Shown: piece after piece, positions 19,223 through 29,456 of the stretch
Layout of the letters: each line of letters starts with the position of its first letter
Position numbering within the stretch: the first letter of the stretch is position 1
Source of the DNA: a virus
Lineage: Duplodnaviria; Caudoviricetes
Virus record (IMG/VR): IMGVR_UViG_3300033146_005800
Location: 1 to 55,252 of that record
Strand: one strand, 5' to 3'
DNA length: 55,252 bases
Translations under genes and position numbers: made by a program
Notes under the pieces: model-generated
What the model was told of the DNA's origin: nothing
Seen by the model: the letters and a program-made list of their open reading frames with translations, nothing else
Databases searched by the model: none

Positions 19223-20822
19223 CCTCCTCTTTCTTCTGTTTTTTTGGTGGCATAACCGAATTCACGCAAACCTGACCCATATGTAGAGCTTCGCTAACAA
19301 AAAGTTCCGTAAATGGAGAAAAATCTTTGTGTCTATGCGCTATCGCATTGATTCTCTTTATTCCAGCTTCTTTTTCGAAATTGCTCTGATTTAAAGCCAG
19401 AAAAACGTCTACATGTGCAATTTTTCTGAAATCCTCAGCAATATGCTTTTGGTCTATTCTCTTTTGTTCCAATGCTCCTCTATTGGTTTGACTTGCGGTT
19501 ATTACAACAGAATTAGTAGCTTCTGATAAACCCTTTAAAGTTTTCCATATAATATCAAGATTTTGTCTTTCATCCCTGCCACCGGCCGGAGGTCTTAAAA
19601 TATCCGCATAATCTATTATAATTACATCTGGAATAAATCCCTGACTTTTAGCAATTTCCAAATCCTGCTGTATATCGTCTATACCACCCAAAAAAGATGG
19701 GTATGTAACCAATCGTAAGTATCTACCAAGATGTCTGCCTATGGCAAGTAATTTCCTATGATCAGATTCATATGAATCATCCAAAAGTGCTTCCCAAGCA
19801 ACCTCTATAGTCATTGAAAAATCTGAATCTATACTTCTTACACAGGCAAAACATGGGACAGATTGTAAATCTTCTACACGTTCAACATGAATATTCGATT
19901 TAAAATCTTCCCTTTCTTGTCTTTTACAAGTATTATCTTTATTATGAACACAATCAATATATGGAATTTTAGATAAAACTGTACCATCTGAATCTGTTAT
20001 AAAATTTGAATTGTCTCTATAAGAACCTGCAGGTTTAGATAAAAATCTACTGTAAAATCTTTGTCTTATAGCTTCCGAATTCATTTCTAAACTAACAAAA
20101 AGAACTTTTCTCCCATATACCATTGCTTGACATGCGGTTTCTAGTAACCAACTAGTTTTCCCTCTTTTTGGTGGAGCCAGATAAGCCATTAACCAACCCC
20201 TTTTAATAAAGCCGGTAAGCCTATTTAAACCCTCCAAAGCTCCTGTGAAGGAAAATACGTGTGAAGTATCGGTTCTACTCCAGGCTTGTTCGATACTGAA
20301 TCTAGTAAATATATTCTCTAATTTACCTTCAGATGTTAAATCATTTTGAAAATTTTCGGTTACCAAAGATTCAATAGCCTTATCTATCTTACCTTTATCA
20401 TAGAGCACTCTGGATTTCTTTAAAGCTATGTCCAAATGACGTTTTCTAAAATATTTCAATGTTTCCTTTAAGACCAGATGAAAATCACTAACTCCTGTTC
20501 CCTTTGTACTCTGTGAAAGGGAAAAAAGTAAGTACTCTATTAGTTCTTTACTAGAATCATCTAACTCAGAAGATTTGTATTCGAAAACCTGCTCTATTTT
20601 TTTTCCAGGAGCCTTTTTAAATTCAGTATAATAAGATAGACACCAATCCATTGTTTTTCTAATGAATTCATTTTGAACAAACTCCGGTTTATACTTGATT
20701 CCAACAGAGCGACAAAATTCGTCTGATATAATGGCCGTTAATAACATTAATTTTTCGGAGGTTATATCGGAATCAAGATCTTTATTCTTGGCTCTTCTAA
20801 AACGACTAATATTAGAACTCAT
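19203..20822 (-). CDS. dnaB: DnaB-like replicative helicase
   Basis: Walker A APPKRGKT, VSLEM, IIIDYADIL, LKGL...TASQTNR, AEDF-x-K. Confidence 0.9.
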   Translation of the reverse strand: MSSNISRFRRAKNKDLDSDITSEKLMLLTAIISDEFCRSVGIKYKPEFVQNEFIRKTMDWCLSYYTEFKKAPGKKIEQVFEYKSSELDDSSKELIEYLLFSLSQSTKGTGVSDFHLVLKETLKYFRKRHLDIALKKSRVLYDKGKIDKAIESLVTENFQNDLTSEGKLENIFTRFSIEQAWSRTDTSHVFSFTGALEGLNRLTGFIKRGWLMAYLAPPKRGKTSWLLETACQAMVYGRKVLFVSLEMNSEAIRQRFYSRFLSKPAGSYRDNSNFITDSDGTVLSKIPYIDCVHNKDNTCKRQEREDFKSNIHVERVEDLQSVPCFACVRSIDSDFSMTIEVAWEALLDDSYESDHRKLLAIGRHLGRYLRLVTYPSFLGGIDDIQQDLEIAKSQGFIPDVIIIDYADILRPPAGGRDERQNLDIIWKTLKGLSEATNSVVITASQTNRGALEQKRIDQKHIAEDFRKIAHVDVFLALNQSNFEKEAGIKRINAIAHRHKDFSPFTELFVSEALHMGQVCVNSVMPPKKQKKEEDEEDDT

Positions 20823-21736
20823 ATCGAAAATTCTCGTTTTAAATCCAAAACCTCAGCATCATTAAGTTGTGCTGGATCTAATCCGGAATCTAGTTCAACA
20901 ACTTCAGTATTCACAAAAGGTTTAATTTGATATTGCAACCTCATTGCATCCTCCATAGCTTCGGCATCAAAAACCAAAACTGCTAAATCTAATTGCGCCA
21001 ATTTGAACATCTGTGCTTTACTTAAAGAAGTTCCAAAAGTACAAGTACTGCCATCTCCAATATTCCAAACATCCGTTGGACCTTCCAAAATTAAACCTCT
21101 GGAATTTACAGTATCAAAATTATATAGTAGATTTGATAAATCAACAGTAGGTTTATCATCTTCAATAGAAGCCATTTTGTATCTAGGCTCTCTATCCTTA
21201 ATAATAGTTCTGCTGGTAAAATTTACAATAATCCTATTTTCTATAACAGGAATTATAATTCTATAATTATATTTTCCAATATTATGACAAGCCATCAATT
21301 TATATTTTGGGATTATTACGTCAGTATTAAAGTTTCTATCCCTCAAATATTTTAAGTGTGATTCTGGAAAATTTATGGTAGCACCGGAAGGTGGAAATTT
21401 AAAATCGGATAATTTCCTGATTTCTGTCTTCGTTTTTTCTTTTGAATTGTTTATAACATCATCTATGTTTTGAAATTGATTCACAATTTCCATTGCTTGT
21501 CTTTTAGTACAACTTTCTAGTTCCTGTAACAATTGTACTAATGTTCCATGTTCTCCACATTTCCAACAATGAAAAGCCTTAGACTCTAAATTAATTCCCA
21601 GATGGTTAGAATTATCATCACAATGCGGAAATGGACACCTAATATTTACCCAACCTCTAGAAGTATTGGTTCCACTTTCTGTGTAATCGATTAATCTATC
21701 GTTCAGATATTCATATATATCAAAAAAGTCTAACAT
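20819..21736 (-). CDS. dnaG: DNA primase (Zn finger plus TOPRIM)
   Basis: CPFPHC...FHCWKCG; YL-x2-R, RIIIP, F-x-SR, RYK, LYN; TOPRIM EGPTD, FD and LDP. Confidence 0.88.
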   Translation of the reverse strand: MLDFFDIYEYLNDRLIDYTESGTNTSRGWVNIRCPFPHCDDNSNHLGINLESKAFHCWKCGEHGTLVQLLQELESCTKRQAMEIVNQFQNIDDVINNSKEKTKTEIRKLSDFKFPPSGATINFPESHLKYLRDRNFNTDVIIPKYKLMACHNIGKYNYRIIIPVIENRIIVNFTSRTIIKDREPRYKMASIEDDKPTVDLSNLLYNFDTVNSRGLILEGPTDVWNIGDGSTCTFGTSLSKAQMFKLAQLDLAVLVFDAEAMEDAMRLQYQIKPFVNTEVVELDSGLDPAQLNDAEVLDLKREFSI

Positions 21737-21835
21737 TTACTTATTTTCCAATTGTAATGACAATATTCAAAATATTATTTTCCGTTATAGTATCTCATAT
21801 GAATAAATTAAACATATTAGATTTTAGTATTTTTA

Positions 21836-23191
21836 TTAGAGCCAACCAGATTCTACGTAGGTCTGAATTCTATTAACAGTATGTGTTGATAGATATTTAT
21901 AGGTATCCAAAAAATCTACAATTTCCACTTTATCCTTATCCTTTGTACGACGAAGACCACGACCAATAACTTGTAAAGTCATAGTGTCACTCATCCCACC
22001 ACTAGCATAAATAACGGTATCTAAACTTGGAATATCGATTCCTTCTCTCCAAACGGAACTACAAATAACACACTTTATACTTTTGTCATTCAAGCAATTT
22101 TGAATATATTCCCTGTCAACTAATCCTACTGCACCTCTAACAAATTCCAATTGCATATTATGCAAAGATTTGCCCAACTCCACTAATATATCACCATGTG
22201 TAATCTCTTTTATCATAATTAAAACGCTCATACCTTTAGAAACTCTTTCATAAGCATTTCTAATAACTAATCTATTTCTAGCCCTATTTTCCACAATGGC
22301 AGCCTTGTAAATAGCCGTATAAGTTCTATTTTTATCGGCTATTGTTTTGTTGAACGGAACTGGAACTAATTTTATGGTGGGAACCGCTAAAATATTCAAA
22401 TCTATGCCCTCCTCTATAGTTAATTCACCAATAACTGGACCTATAAGACCTTCCAGTATCAAAGATCTAAGTGCATCCTTTGGTTTTGTTGCAGTAAAAC
22501 CAATTCTAATTGGTGCCAGTAATTTGGAAAGAACTTTTTCATACTGTCCATTTGGAGCAACATGATGACATTCATCAACAATAACTATATCAAATTCCGC
22601 TCCATAACTTTTTGGTTCCATATTAACCAAGGTTTGTATAGTTCCAAAACTAATCCTTCCACTAATATCCTTGCTGCCATCACCAAAAGTAGACACATCA
22701 TTAAAACCATAACTTTTAGCCTTTTTAAATGTCTGTCTAATAATGGAATTGGAATGACATAGCAGCAAAATTCGAGCTTTTGGAAACATAGAAGCTACAC
22801 CTAATGCCAAAATGGTTTTACCGGAACCAGTAGGTGCCAAAATTAAACCTCTTTGTTTTTCTATGACAGCATATATCGATTTTAGCTGATCAGGTCTAAA
22901 AGTAATTTCGGGCAATTTCGGTTTCTTCCTAGAAGGTTTGAGATTCCAATTGTCCGATTTAATCTTAAGACTAATGTCGTTCCTTGCACAATATTCCTGT
23001 ACTCTTGAAATCAAACCTGTGTAAAAAGACTTTCTTGTAACTGCATAACAAACCCTAGATTTACGATAATTAAAACGGGGACCTTTAACCCAGTATTCAG
23101 TCTCATAACGCATACAAGGTCTTATAAGTTTCTGATCACCATGAACTTTGGTTATTACTGGATCTATAACTTCTATAGATAATTCTGTCAC
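21836..23191 (-). CDS. SF2 DExH helicase (UvsW-like)
   Basis: R-x2-Q, APTGSGKT, VDECHH, GFTAT, EGIDIP, QVIGRGLR. Confidence 0.92.
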   Translation of the reverse strand: MTELSIEVIDPVITKVHGDQKLIRPCMRYETEYWVKGPRFNYRKSRVCYAVTRKSFYTGLISRVQEYCARNDISLKIKSDNWNLKPSRKKPKLPEITFRPDQLKSIYAVIEKQRGLILAPTGSGKTILALGVASMFPKARILLLCHSNSIIRQTFKKAKSYGFNDVSTFGDGSKDISGRISFGTIQTLVNMEPKSYGAEFDIVIVDECHHVAPNGQYEKVLSKLLAPIRIGFTATKPKDALRSLILEGLIGPVIGELTIEEGIDLNILAVPTIKLVPVPFNKTIADKNRTYTAIYKAAIVENRARNRLVIRNAYERVSKGMSVLIMIKEITHGDILVELGKSLHNMQLEFVRGAVGLVDREYIQNCLNDKSIKCVICSSVWREGIDIPSLDTVIYASGGMSDTMTLQVIGRGLRRTKDKDKVEIVDFLDTYKYLSTHTVNRIQTYVESGWL

Positions 23192-23835
23192 TTGTGCCTC
23201 CCACTATTTTTGCGTATTAAAGTCAGAATATCAGAAATTTTCTTTCTTTTCTTTTTCCATTCTATAGCAATTTCATTGTCAAATTCTTCTTCAGATCCAA
23301 TAGCCTTCCAAATAGCTAATTTAACTTCCATTTTTTCTTTAATTGCATCTAATTCCTTGTTTAAATAGGACCATCTCAAGTAAAGAACTCCGGGTACATT
23401 AATATCACATTCATCCAAGAAATCGAAATAATTTCCAGAATCATACTTATATTTCATTTCTGCAAACATCTCCTTGGCTGCAGGATTTACATCTGGATGA
23501 TTTTTAATACAAAATCGCTTAAATATATCGTGAAGTTCAGTGGATGCCTTCTCTATCTCTTTATCATCCGGAACAATGTAACAACCACCACTGCTCATTG
23601 CTGACTTTTTTAGTCTAGTTATTTTATTATCTATACTGCCAAAATGATCCTGATAGATTTTAATACCATCGTAAAGCAAACTTCGATAATATTCTAAAAG
23701 AGCTTTTCCAAGAACTATCTCCATTATTGTAACTCTCGGATCATAAGGAACAGGCAAAGCAATTTTAGAGAAGTTAGCTAAAGAAAATTCTAGCAAAGAT
23801 TCTATTTGTTCTTGAGTAAAATTTTGTAATGACAT
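23188..23835 (-). CDS. Protein with internal J-domain-like HPD segment
   Basis: FKRFCIKNHPDVNP...F-x2-M-x3-Y resembles DnaJ helix II-HPD-helix III. Confidence 0.55.
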   Translation of the reverse strand: MSLQNFTQEQIESLLEFSLANFSKIALPVPYDPRVTIMEIVLGKALLEYYRSLLYDGIKIYQDHFGSIDNKITRLKKSAMSSGGCYIVPDDKEIEKASTELHDIFKRFCIKNHPDVNPAAKEMFAEMKYKYDSGNYFDFLDECDINVPGVLYLRWSYLNKELDAIKEKMEVKLAIWKAIGSEEEFDNEIAIEWKKKRKKISDILTLIRKNSGRHK

Positions 23836-24197
23836 TAAAGTTCTCTAATTAATTCTAATTTTTTATGAGCATTTATAAATCTTCTTAGTAAATGTCTATG
23901 ACAAAAAGAATCAGCTTTTTCGTAACATAAAAGGATGCTGTTATCATAGGTTATAAGAAAATCTTCTATGTTAAGAAATTTAAGTTGTTCAAGATAACGT
24001 TTTGTATATACTAGTTCAGAGATTAAACCACGTTTAAAATCGGATAATAAAATTGTTGTTGGTCTTACGCAGGTAAAAGAAGTTAATTCTACATTTTTGA
24101 CACCTTTTGGAATTCCATTGGATATAGCGATCTTTTTGTATCCGGATGGAAATTTTCTCCAATTACCAAAGTATGAAGTCCAAATCATAATAATCAA
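23835..24197 (-). CDS. DUF488-like protein
   Basis: IWTSYF, IAIS-x3-P, P-x3-LL-x2-FK, Y-x2-RY-x3-L, LLCYEK-x3-FCHRHLL. Confidence 0.75.
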   Translation of the reverse strand: MIIMIWTSYFGNWRKFPSGYKKIAISNGIPKGVKNVELTSFTCVRPTTILLSDFKRGLISELVYTKRYLEQLKFLNIEDFLITYDNSILLCYEKADSFCHRHLLRRFINAHKKLELIREL

Positions 24198-24324
24198 CCT
24201 CTCCCAATTTGAATTCTTTTAAATTCAAATAATTAGTACAATTTCGTATAAAAATATAATTTAATTTTAGTATTTACTGTAAGAAATTTTTGAAAAGAAC
24301 TTACGTGATTTTAGCTTCCTGAAT

Positions 24325-26049
24325 TTATGTTATTGCTTTAATCAAATCTCCAACAATTACAAATGTTTCATCTTCCGAAGCATAAACTATACTATCCGAG
24401 GATACAGTCAGTGGAATTCCTGAAATGTCGTTAATTACTGCATCTTTTAAATATAAAGAAGTGAATGGTTCCGCCCTAATGAATAATTGTTTATCTTTAG
24501 GAGTTACATCCGGGATAGGAAGAATAACCTCAACGTTATTTAATTTACCATAACCAGATTGTCTGGTAGACAATCTATTAATTAAAGCATTTTTTATGTA
24601 ACTATCTATATTCTTTCTAAGTTTTAGACACATATAAGAGGAAAATGGACCATGTCTAGTATCACCAATTCTATTATATGGCAAGTAATGTTGATGCAAT
24701 AATTTTGAACCAAACAATTGAATTAAAAAATATAAAAAATTTGGACTCTCTTTGTCTATCTGCACTTTTTTAATATTACGAAAAAGATACTCAATAGATA
24801 ACAAATCGGGATATTCAGAATCTATGAAATCAAATGCTTCTGTTTCACTCATAACCGGTGCCAAAGCTGATAAATATCTAATAAACTCATCCAAATCAGC
24901 AGTATTTCTTAGTATATGCTTCTCTCTACTAGAATAATTAGCCCTGCCAGCCAGGAGATACATCCTCTGATTAACAGTTAAATCTTCCCAATTACTTAGA
25001 TCATTTTCAATTTCTATAGGTGGTGGACACATCTGACATACAGAATCAAAAGTTTCAGAGTCTATATTTTGCAAAACCAAGTATTGATAGAATCTTTTCT
25101 CATTATCACATGATTCCGACTGATTGAATAAACTTCCGGTGTTCAAAAGTGCTCTAGATATTATAATGGACCAGTAATCAGATTTACTAGGGTATATCAT
25201 ATCCGGAAGTAAAGTTAAATTATTAAGCAGATAGTCCTTATCCTGTAGTCCTCCAAATAATAAAGTTTTGGATACCATTAAAATGGTCTTTCTGACATTT
25301 GGATGCAAATAATTAAAAAATCTAGACAATTCTCCGGCAAAACCTGGATGATCCTCCTTACGTATAGTTTTTAATTTATATTCCTCTTGAACAGGTTCCT
25401 TTTGAAATGACTCTTTTTCTAAAGAATCTTGTTCGTTAAATATCCGTGGATACGTCGTTGGATTTTGAAATTGAATTGTTTTTTTAATATTTAACGCAAA
25501 AGGACTTTTTTTAATATTCCAAGGTCGCACTCTAGAATTATTTGTTGGAACCTTTGGTTTTATAACCCTTTCCATAACCGGCTCTATAACTTTTTTAGGG
25601 GGTATCGACTCATAAACATCCTGATTATACTTCAAAGAGGGTTGAATATAAGTTTTCAAAGTAACTTCAACAATTTTATTCTTTGTAAGATAGTAGGCAT
25701 AGAGATTCTGAAATAATCGTTGTCTTTTGTGTCTGTAAGTTTCCAATATGTCTGATCTAGTATATCTATTGTAAATAACCGGAATACTTCTTGGACTTTT
25801 GGAAAAGAGACTTTGTGTGAGTTCTTTAACATTTTTACTGCTCAAAAACTTGCGTAAAAGCTTATGTCCTGGAATTCTGGTAAGATATGGTAGGGTATTT
25901 AATTCTGCTTCCTGTATCATTTTCTTAACTTTTTCTATGTCAACATGATATTTTCTAACAAAAACACCATTAGGACCCCTAACCGCACGTAAAACTGGAA
26001 CCAATCCAGGACTGGAAGGATCAAAACCTTTAAGAAGATCTTCTGACAT
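24325..26049 (-). CDS. Hypothetical tagged protein with possible degenerate C-terminal ART-like domain
   Basis: N-terminal LVPVLRAVRGPNGVFVRKYHV tag in register with the tags of the ART array; weak C-terminal similarity to the 512-aa and 685-aa ART proteins. Confidence 0.55.
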   Translation of the reverse strand: MSEDLLKGFDPSSPGLVPVLRAVRGPNGVFVRKYHVDIEKVKKMIQEAELNTLPYLTRIPGHKLLRKFLSSKNVKELTQSLFSKSPRSIPVIYNRYTRSDILETYRHKRQRLFQNLYAYYLTKNKIVEVTLKTYIQPSLKYNQDVYESIPPKKVIEPVMERVIKPKVPTNNSRVRPWNIKKSPFALNIKKTIQFQNPTTYPRIFNEQDSLEKESFQKEPVQEEYKLKTIRKEDHPGFAGELSRFFNYLHPNVRKTILMVSKTLLFGGLQDKDYLLNNLTLLPDMIYPSKSDYWSIIISRALLNTGSLFNQSESCDNEKRFYQYLVLQNIDSETFDSVCQMCPPPIEIENDLSNWEDLTVNQRMYLLAGRANYSSREKHILRNTADLDEFIRYLSALAPVMSETEAFDFIDSEYPDLLSIEYLFRNIKKVQIDKESPNFLYFLIQLFGSKLLHQHYLPYNRIGDTRHGPFSSYMCLKLRKNIDSYIKNALINRLSTRQSGYGKLNNVEVILPIPDVTPKDKQLFIRAEPFTSLYLKDAVINDISGIPLTVSSDSIVYASEDETFVIVGDLIKAIT

Positions 26050-26056
26050 AATTTAC

Positions 26057-26437
26057 CTACATATTACAAAAAAATTGTTTAGCAGATTCTGGATCGATGC
26101 CCTCTTTACCAAAATCTTCAAAATCTTTAACATTTTTGAAACTACGTGAATCATCTGGAACCATTCTATTATCAGTATCACTGTCATCCTGTTTTTTCTT
26201 GTTTTCGCCAGTTTTATCAACTTTTGGGCGTTTCCTTGATCTTGTTCCCTCGGATTCAGTAGTTTTTTTCTGTCCTGTTGTGTCCTCACCTTTGCCAGGT
26301 TTCCTTGGTTTGGATTGCTTTTTAAGAGGATCTACGTAGAATGTCTGTGAAAATGTTCCCTGATCGGGTTTAGTAACCGTTTTTTTGACAGGAATCAATT
26401 TTTCAATTTTCTTTTTTCCCCAACCTTTTTTAGCCAT
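26057..26437 (-). CDS. Small charged, disordered protein carrying the N-terminal hairpin tag
   Basis: ATG 26437 after GGAG; MAKKGWGKKKIEKLIPVKKTVTKPDQGTFSQTFYVDP followed by a K/D/T-rich tail. Confidence 0.65.
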   Translation of the reverse strand: MAKKGWGKKKIEKLIPVKKTVTKPDQGTFSQTFYVDPLKKQSKPRKPGKGEDTTGQKKTTESEGTRSRKRPKVDKTGENKKKQDDSDTDNRMVPDDSRSFKNVKDFEDFGKEGIDPESAKQFFCNM

Positions 26438-26480
26438 TGACGACTCCAATTTAATGTGTAATTTAAGAATGTTTTATCGA

Positions 26481-27272
26481 TTAGGTTTTCATTATAAAAT
26501 TAAAAACAAAATCCGAGTTCACATTTGTTACATCAATCGATTTTTGATTATTGTATAATGTACATTCAAATGACATTCTATTATTATGATGTAACAAATA
26601 CGTTTTAACAGAATGATGTCCAGAATAAACCGAAAGACCATTAACCAATCCCACAAAAAATGTGCATCGTGACATTAGAAAATGAATTTGTGCCAAAGAT
26701 AAATCAAAATATCGATAATTTGCATCAGTTAATCCAAAATCTGAACTAGTACCAATCTGTACCACATCATATCCTTCCCTAGAAAATAAAGTGCATAATG
26801 AATTCAAATTACTATAACCCCAATCTTTATGTTTTGACAATTTGGTATTTTTTCCACAAGAGGGCATCAAAATAAATTTACGCGGAACTTTCAAAGTCTT
26901 CACTGTGCCAATATAATGAGAGTACAAACCAGAATTATAATCAATTTGCAATCCTGTTTTGGCATTTACAGAATTCACCATACTATGTATGAGATTATTA
27001 CTTGTCCTAAAATTATAAATAATATGTCCAGTAACTATGTCATAGAATTTTTTCAACTCTAATGAATTAGTATTAAAAAATATTTTATTAAATTTAACAT
27101 CAAAATTTTCAACTATATCAATAATCAATTGAGATGCAGAACCTGTCTTTCCAGCCAAATTCAAATCCAATATACAATCAGGGTAGGACTTTTTTAACAT
27201 TTTAAGTACCGACATTGTCATAATCCAATCACCAACACCAAAAGCATCCCTGTATGCAAGTATTTTTAACAT
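26481..27272 (-). CDS. GT9-like (heptosyltransferase-like) glycosyltransferase
   Basis: GVGDWIM, K-x-W, VVQIG, L-x6-M-x2-C-x-FFVG-x-V-x-GL motifs. Confidence 0.75.
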   Translation of the reverse strand: MLKILAYRDAFGVGDWIMTMSVLKMLKKSYPDCILDLNLAGKTGSASQLIIDIVENFDVKFNKIFFNTNSLELKKFYDIVTGHIIYNFRTSNNLIHSMVNSVNAKTGLQIDYNSGLYSHYIGTVKTLKVPRKFILMPSCGKNTKLSKHKDWGYSNLNSLCTLFSREGYDVVQIGTSSDFGLTDANYRYFDLSLAQIHFLMSRCTFFVGLVNGLSVYSGHHSVKTYLLHHNNRMSFECTLYNNQKSIDVTNVNSDFVFNFIMKT

Positions 27273-27304
27273 AAAAATCCCCTAGAGAAAAATAAAATAA
27301 TGTC

Positions 27305-27326
27305 ATAAATACTAATTAGTATTTAT
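27305..27326. promoter_or_regulatory. Perfect 22-bp palindrome in a divergent intergenic region
   Basis: ATAAATACTAATTAGTATTTAT equals its own reverse complement and contains back-to-back ATACTAA motifs. Confidence 0.6.
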
Positions 27327-27416
27327 AATTAAAAAATAATTTCATAAATTTTAAAAACTAATTGACTTTAATTACAATTAAGTGTAATACTATAATTTTT
27401 TACCTATTTTATAAGG

Positions 27417-28484
27417 ATGATTCATGGAGGATACAGAATGCTGCCAAAAGTAAACGGAGACCAACGATTTATTTTTATACAAACCAAATCCAACAATAAA
27501 AGAAAGAAAAGAGTCGGGAAAAAAAGAAATAAGCATACATTGCCCATACGAGAACGTGCAATGCACATACTTGTGACAGGAAAAATTAAAGACTACACAC
27601 ATCCAAAAGAAGTCGATCCCTTCTGGGATACACTATACAGACAATACGAACATCTAATCTACTCGGAAATATATCTAAGATCGACAATAAAGCAGTATTG
27701 TATTGATGGGATAGACTTCAATTCGGAATCAATTGCCGTTTTATTAAAAACTCTACAGGTAATAACAGAAAGAAAATTGCAATTAATCACATATATGTCT
27801 AATTTTATGTTCATAATGTATGGTTCGGTTATGAAATCTAGATTCTATGGATGGATGCAGTATTCACAAAAATTCACCTCTAAATTTAATGAAGTGTCGA
27901 TTCAATTATTAAATAAACTAAAATTTGACGCAAATAAAACCCGATGTTCCGTTTATTACTATCAAGCATTTTGGTTGTGTGGACTTTCCATAATCGGTGA
28001 TATAAGAAAGCAATTAACCACCACCTGCAATTTAGAAATGGATATGGATAGAGGCACATTAAATATTCCTATAGACTCAAAACGGGAGACAAAGAAAAGA
28101 ATAGAAGGTGAAAATACATATACGGATTCTATATATGAGGAATTGCAAAGTATGCAAAAGATATATCATAATATGAAAATAGAAAACGATGCAGATCAAG
28201 TACAAAAAAGTACTATTGGTATAGACAATGGTGAAGAAAAAAGTCCTGAAATAATTTTTATAGAGAATGATGGTGTTCTAGACAGACAAAGTAGAGCAAA
28301 ACTAATTATTGCAAATCTGTTAGAGCAGATAGATTTGACCACAGATTCACTTTACAAAAGCACAGAAAGATCATTATTAAAAATAGGAAGATTTTTAAAG
28401 AATAAAATAAAAAAGGGGGTTATAAATATAAAGGAGGAAGATTTATTATTTTTAAAGGAGCAATATTTGAAGGGTGAATTATAA
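27417..28484 (+). CDS. Divergent sigma-factor-like protein
   Basis: LY-x2-YE-x-LIY and EVSIQLLNKLKFDANKTRCSVYYYQ...IIGDIRK resemble sigma70 region 2; true start may be ATG 27438 after GGAGG. Confidence 0.5.
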   Translation: MIHGGYRMLPKVNGDQRFIFIQTKSNNKRKKRVGKKRNKHTLPIRERAMHILVTGKIKDYTHPKEVDPFWDTLYRQYEHLIYSEIYLRSTIKQYCIDGIDFNSESIAVLLKTLQVITERKLQLITYMSNFMFIMYGSVMKSRFYGWMQYSQKFTSKFNEVSIQLLNKLKFDANKTRCSVYYYQAFWLCGLSIIGDIRKQLTTTCNLEMDMDRGTLNIPIDSKRETKKRIEGENTYTDSIYEELQSMQKIYHNMKIENDADQVQKSTIGIDNGEEKSPEIIFIENDGVLDRQSRAKLIIANLLEQIDLTTDSLYKSTERSLLKIGRFLKNKIKKGVINIKEEDLLFLKEQYLKGEL

Positions 28485-28991
28485 GATTTTAAATCTTTTA
28501 ACATTCGATTCATTGGAATAACTTAAAATCTCACTCATCTGATCATTAACATCAGTTGTGCCTGCTGAAAGTAAAAGTTCGGATATACATTCGGAGTCAC
28601 TCAATTTACAATGTCCAAAAATAACGTCAGGATTTAAAATGGCACCTTCTGCAAAAAGTAGCAATGATAAATCCGATAAAACTCTTTCGGAATATTCCTC
28701 ATTTGTTACAATTGTTCTTAAATAATCCTTAGATACAGAAGTTCCAATTTGTTTTATAGTCCAATATAACCAAGTAGATGGATCTTCAGGTGAACCCTCT
28801 GTACTAAAATAGGAAGTTTGTCGTCTCCAAAAATATCTAGAAAAATTGAATGGATCTTTAAGTCCAGTAAATATTTGTCCTTCATATGGATAAACCAAAA
28901 AATATAAATCTTTAATACTATAAGATTCTGGAAGTATTGACTTAGCATATTTGACGTTTTCATTTGGTTCTAATTTATTTAGTCCAGACAT
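28479..28991 (-). CDS. Hypothetical protein
   Basis: 170-aa ORF abutting its upstream gene. Confidence 0.65.
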   Translation of the reverse strand: MSGLNKLEPNENVKYAKSILPESYSIKDLYFLVYPYEGQIFTGLKDPFNFSRYFWRRQTSYFSTEGSPEDPSTWLYWTIKQIGTSVSKDYLRTIVTNEEYSERVLSDLSLLLFAEGAILNPDVIFGHCKLSDSECISELLLSAGTTDVNDQMSEILSYSNESNVKRFKIL

Positions 28992-29435
28992 TTAAATCCT
29001 CATCAAATTATGTAAATTGTTGGAAAACAATTTTTCATGTTCTTCGAAAGAGAACAATTCAATCTTATTTAAAGACGTTCTCTTTTTCTTAAGAACTGAA
29101 GCATAAATTCTGTGTGAAATTTTTTTCCAATTACTTCTATTAAAAGGCATACTAAATGGAAAAAGTCTATATACAAGAACCCCCATTTTGTCAAGATCTT
29201 TTAATGAGGATTCTAATTCATATTTTATATCGGAATCAGTCTTATATGGATCCGATTGCGAACCAACAAGAATCAAATCAGATAACCATTTTGCAAATGG
29301 CATAGACATATTAGTACCAGACTGAACAAAAAAATCCGAAATAATGGACATTGGCTTTTCGTCTATCCTGACTTGCTCAGTTGGAAGCATGTAAAAATCA
29401 TTTATCAATATTGTATCACAAGGGTTAGTAATCAT
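28992..29435 (-). CDS. Hypothetical protein
   Basis: 147-aa ORF in the operon, with AAGG RBS. Confidence 0.65.
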   Translation of the reverse strand: MITNPCDTILINDFYMLPTEQVRIDEKPMSIISDFFVQSGTNMSMPFAKWLSDLILVGSQSDPYKTDSDIKYELESSLKDLDKMGVLVYRLFPFSMPFNRSNWKKISHRIYASVLKKKRTSLNKIELFSFEEHEKLFSNNLHNLMRI

Positions 29436-29456
29436 ATATTACCTTGTCCTTTCAAT

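Noticed and set aside
19780-20030. Intein or intron in DnaB (also looked at PolA, GyrA, GyrB, RecA)
   Set aside because: No C/S...HN splice motifs or LAGLIDADG blocks; reading frames are continuous.
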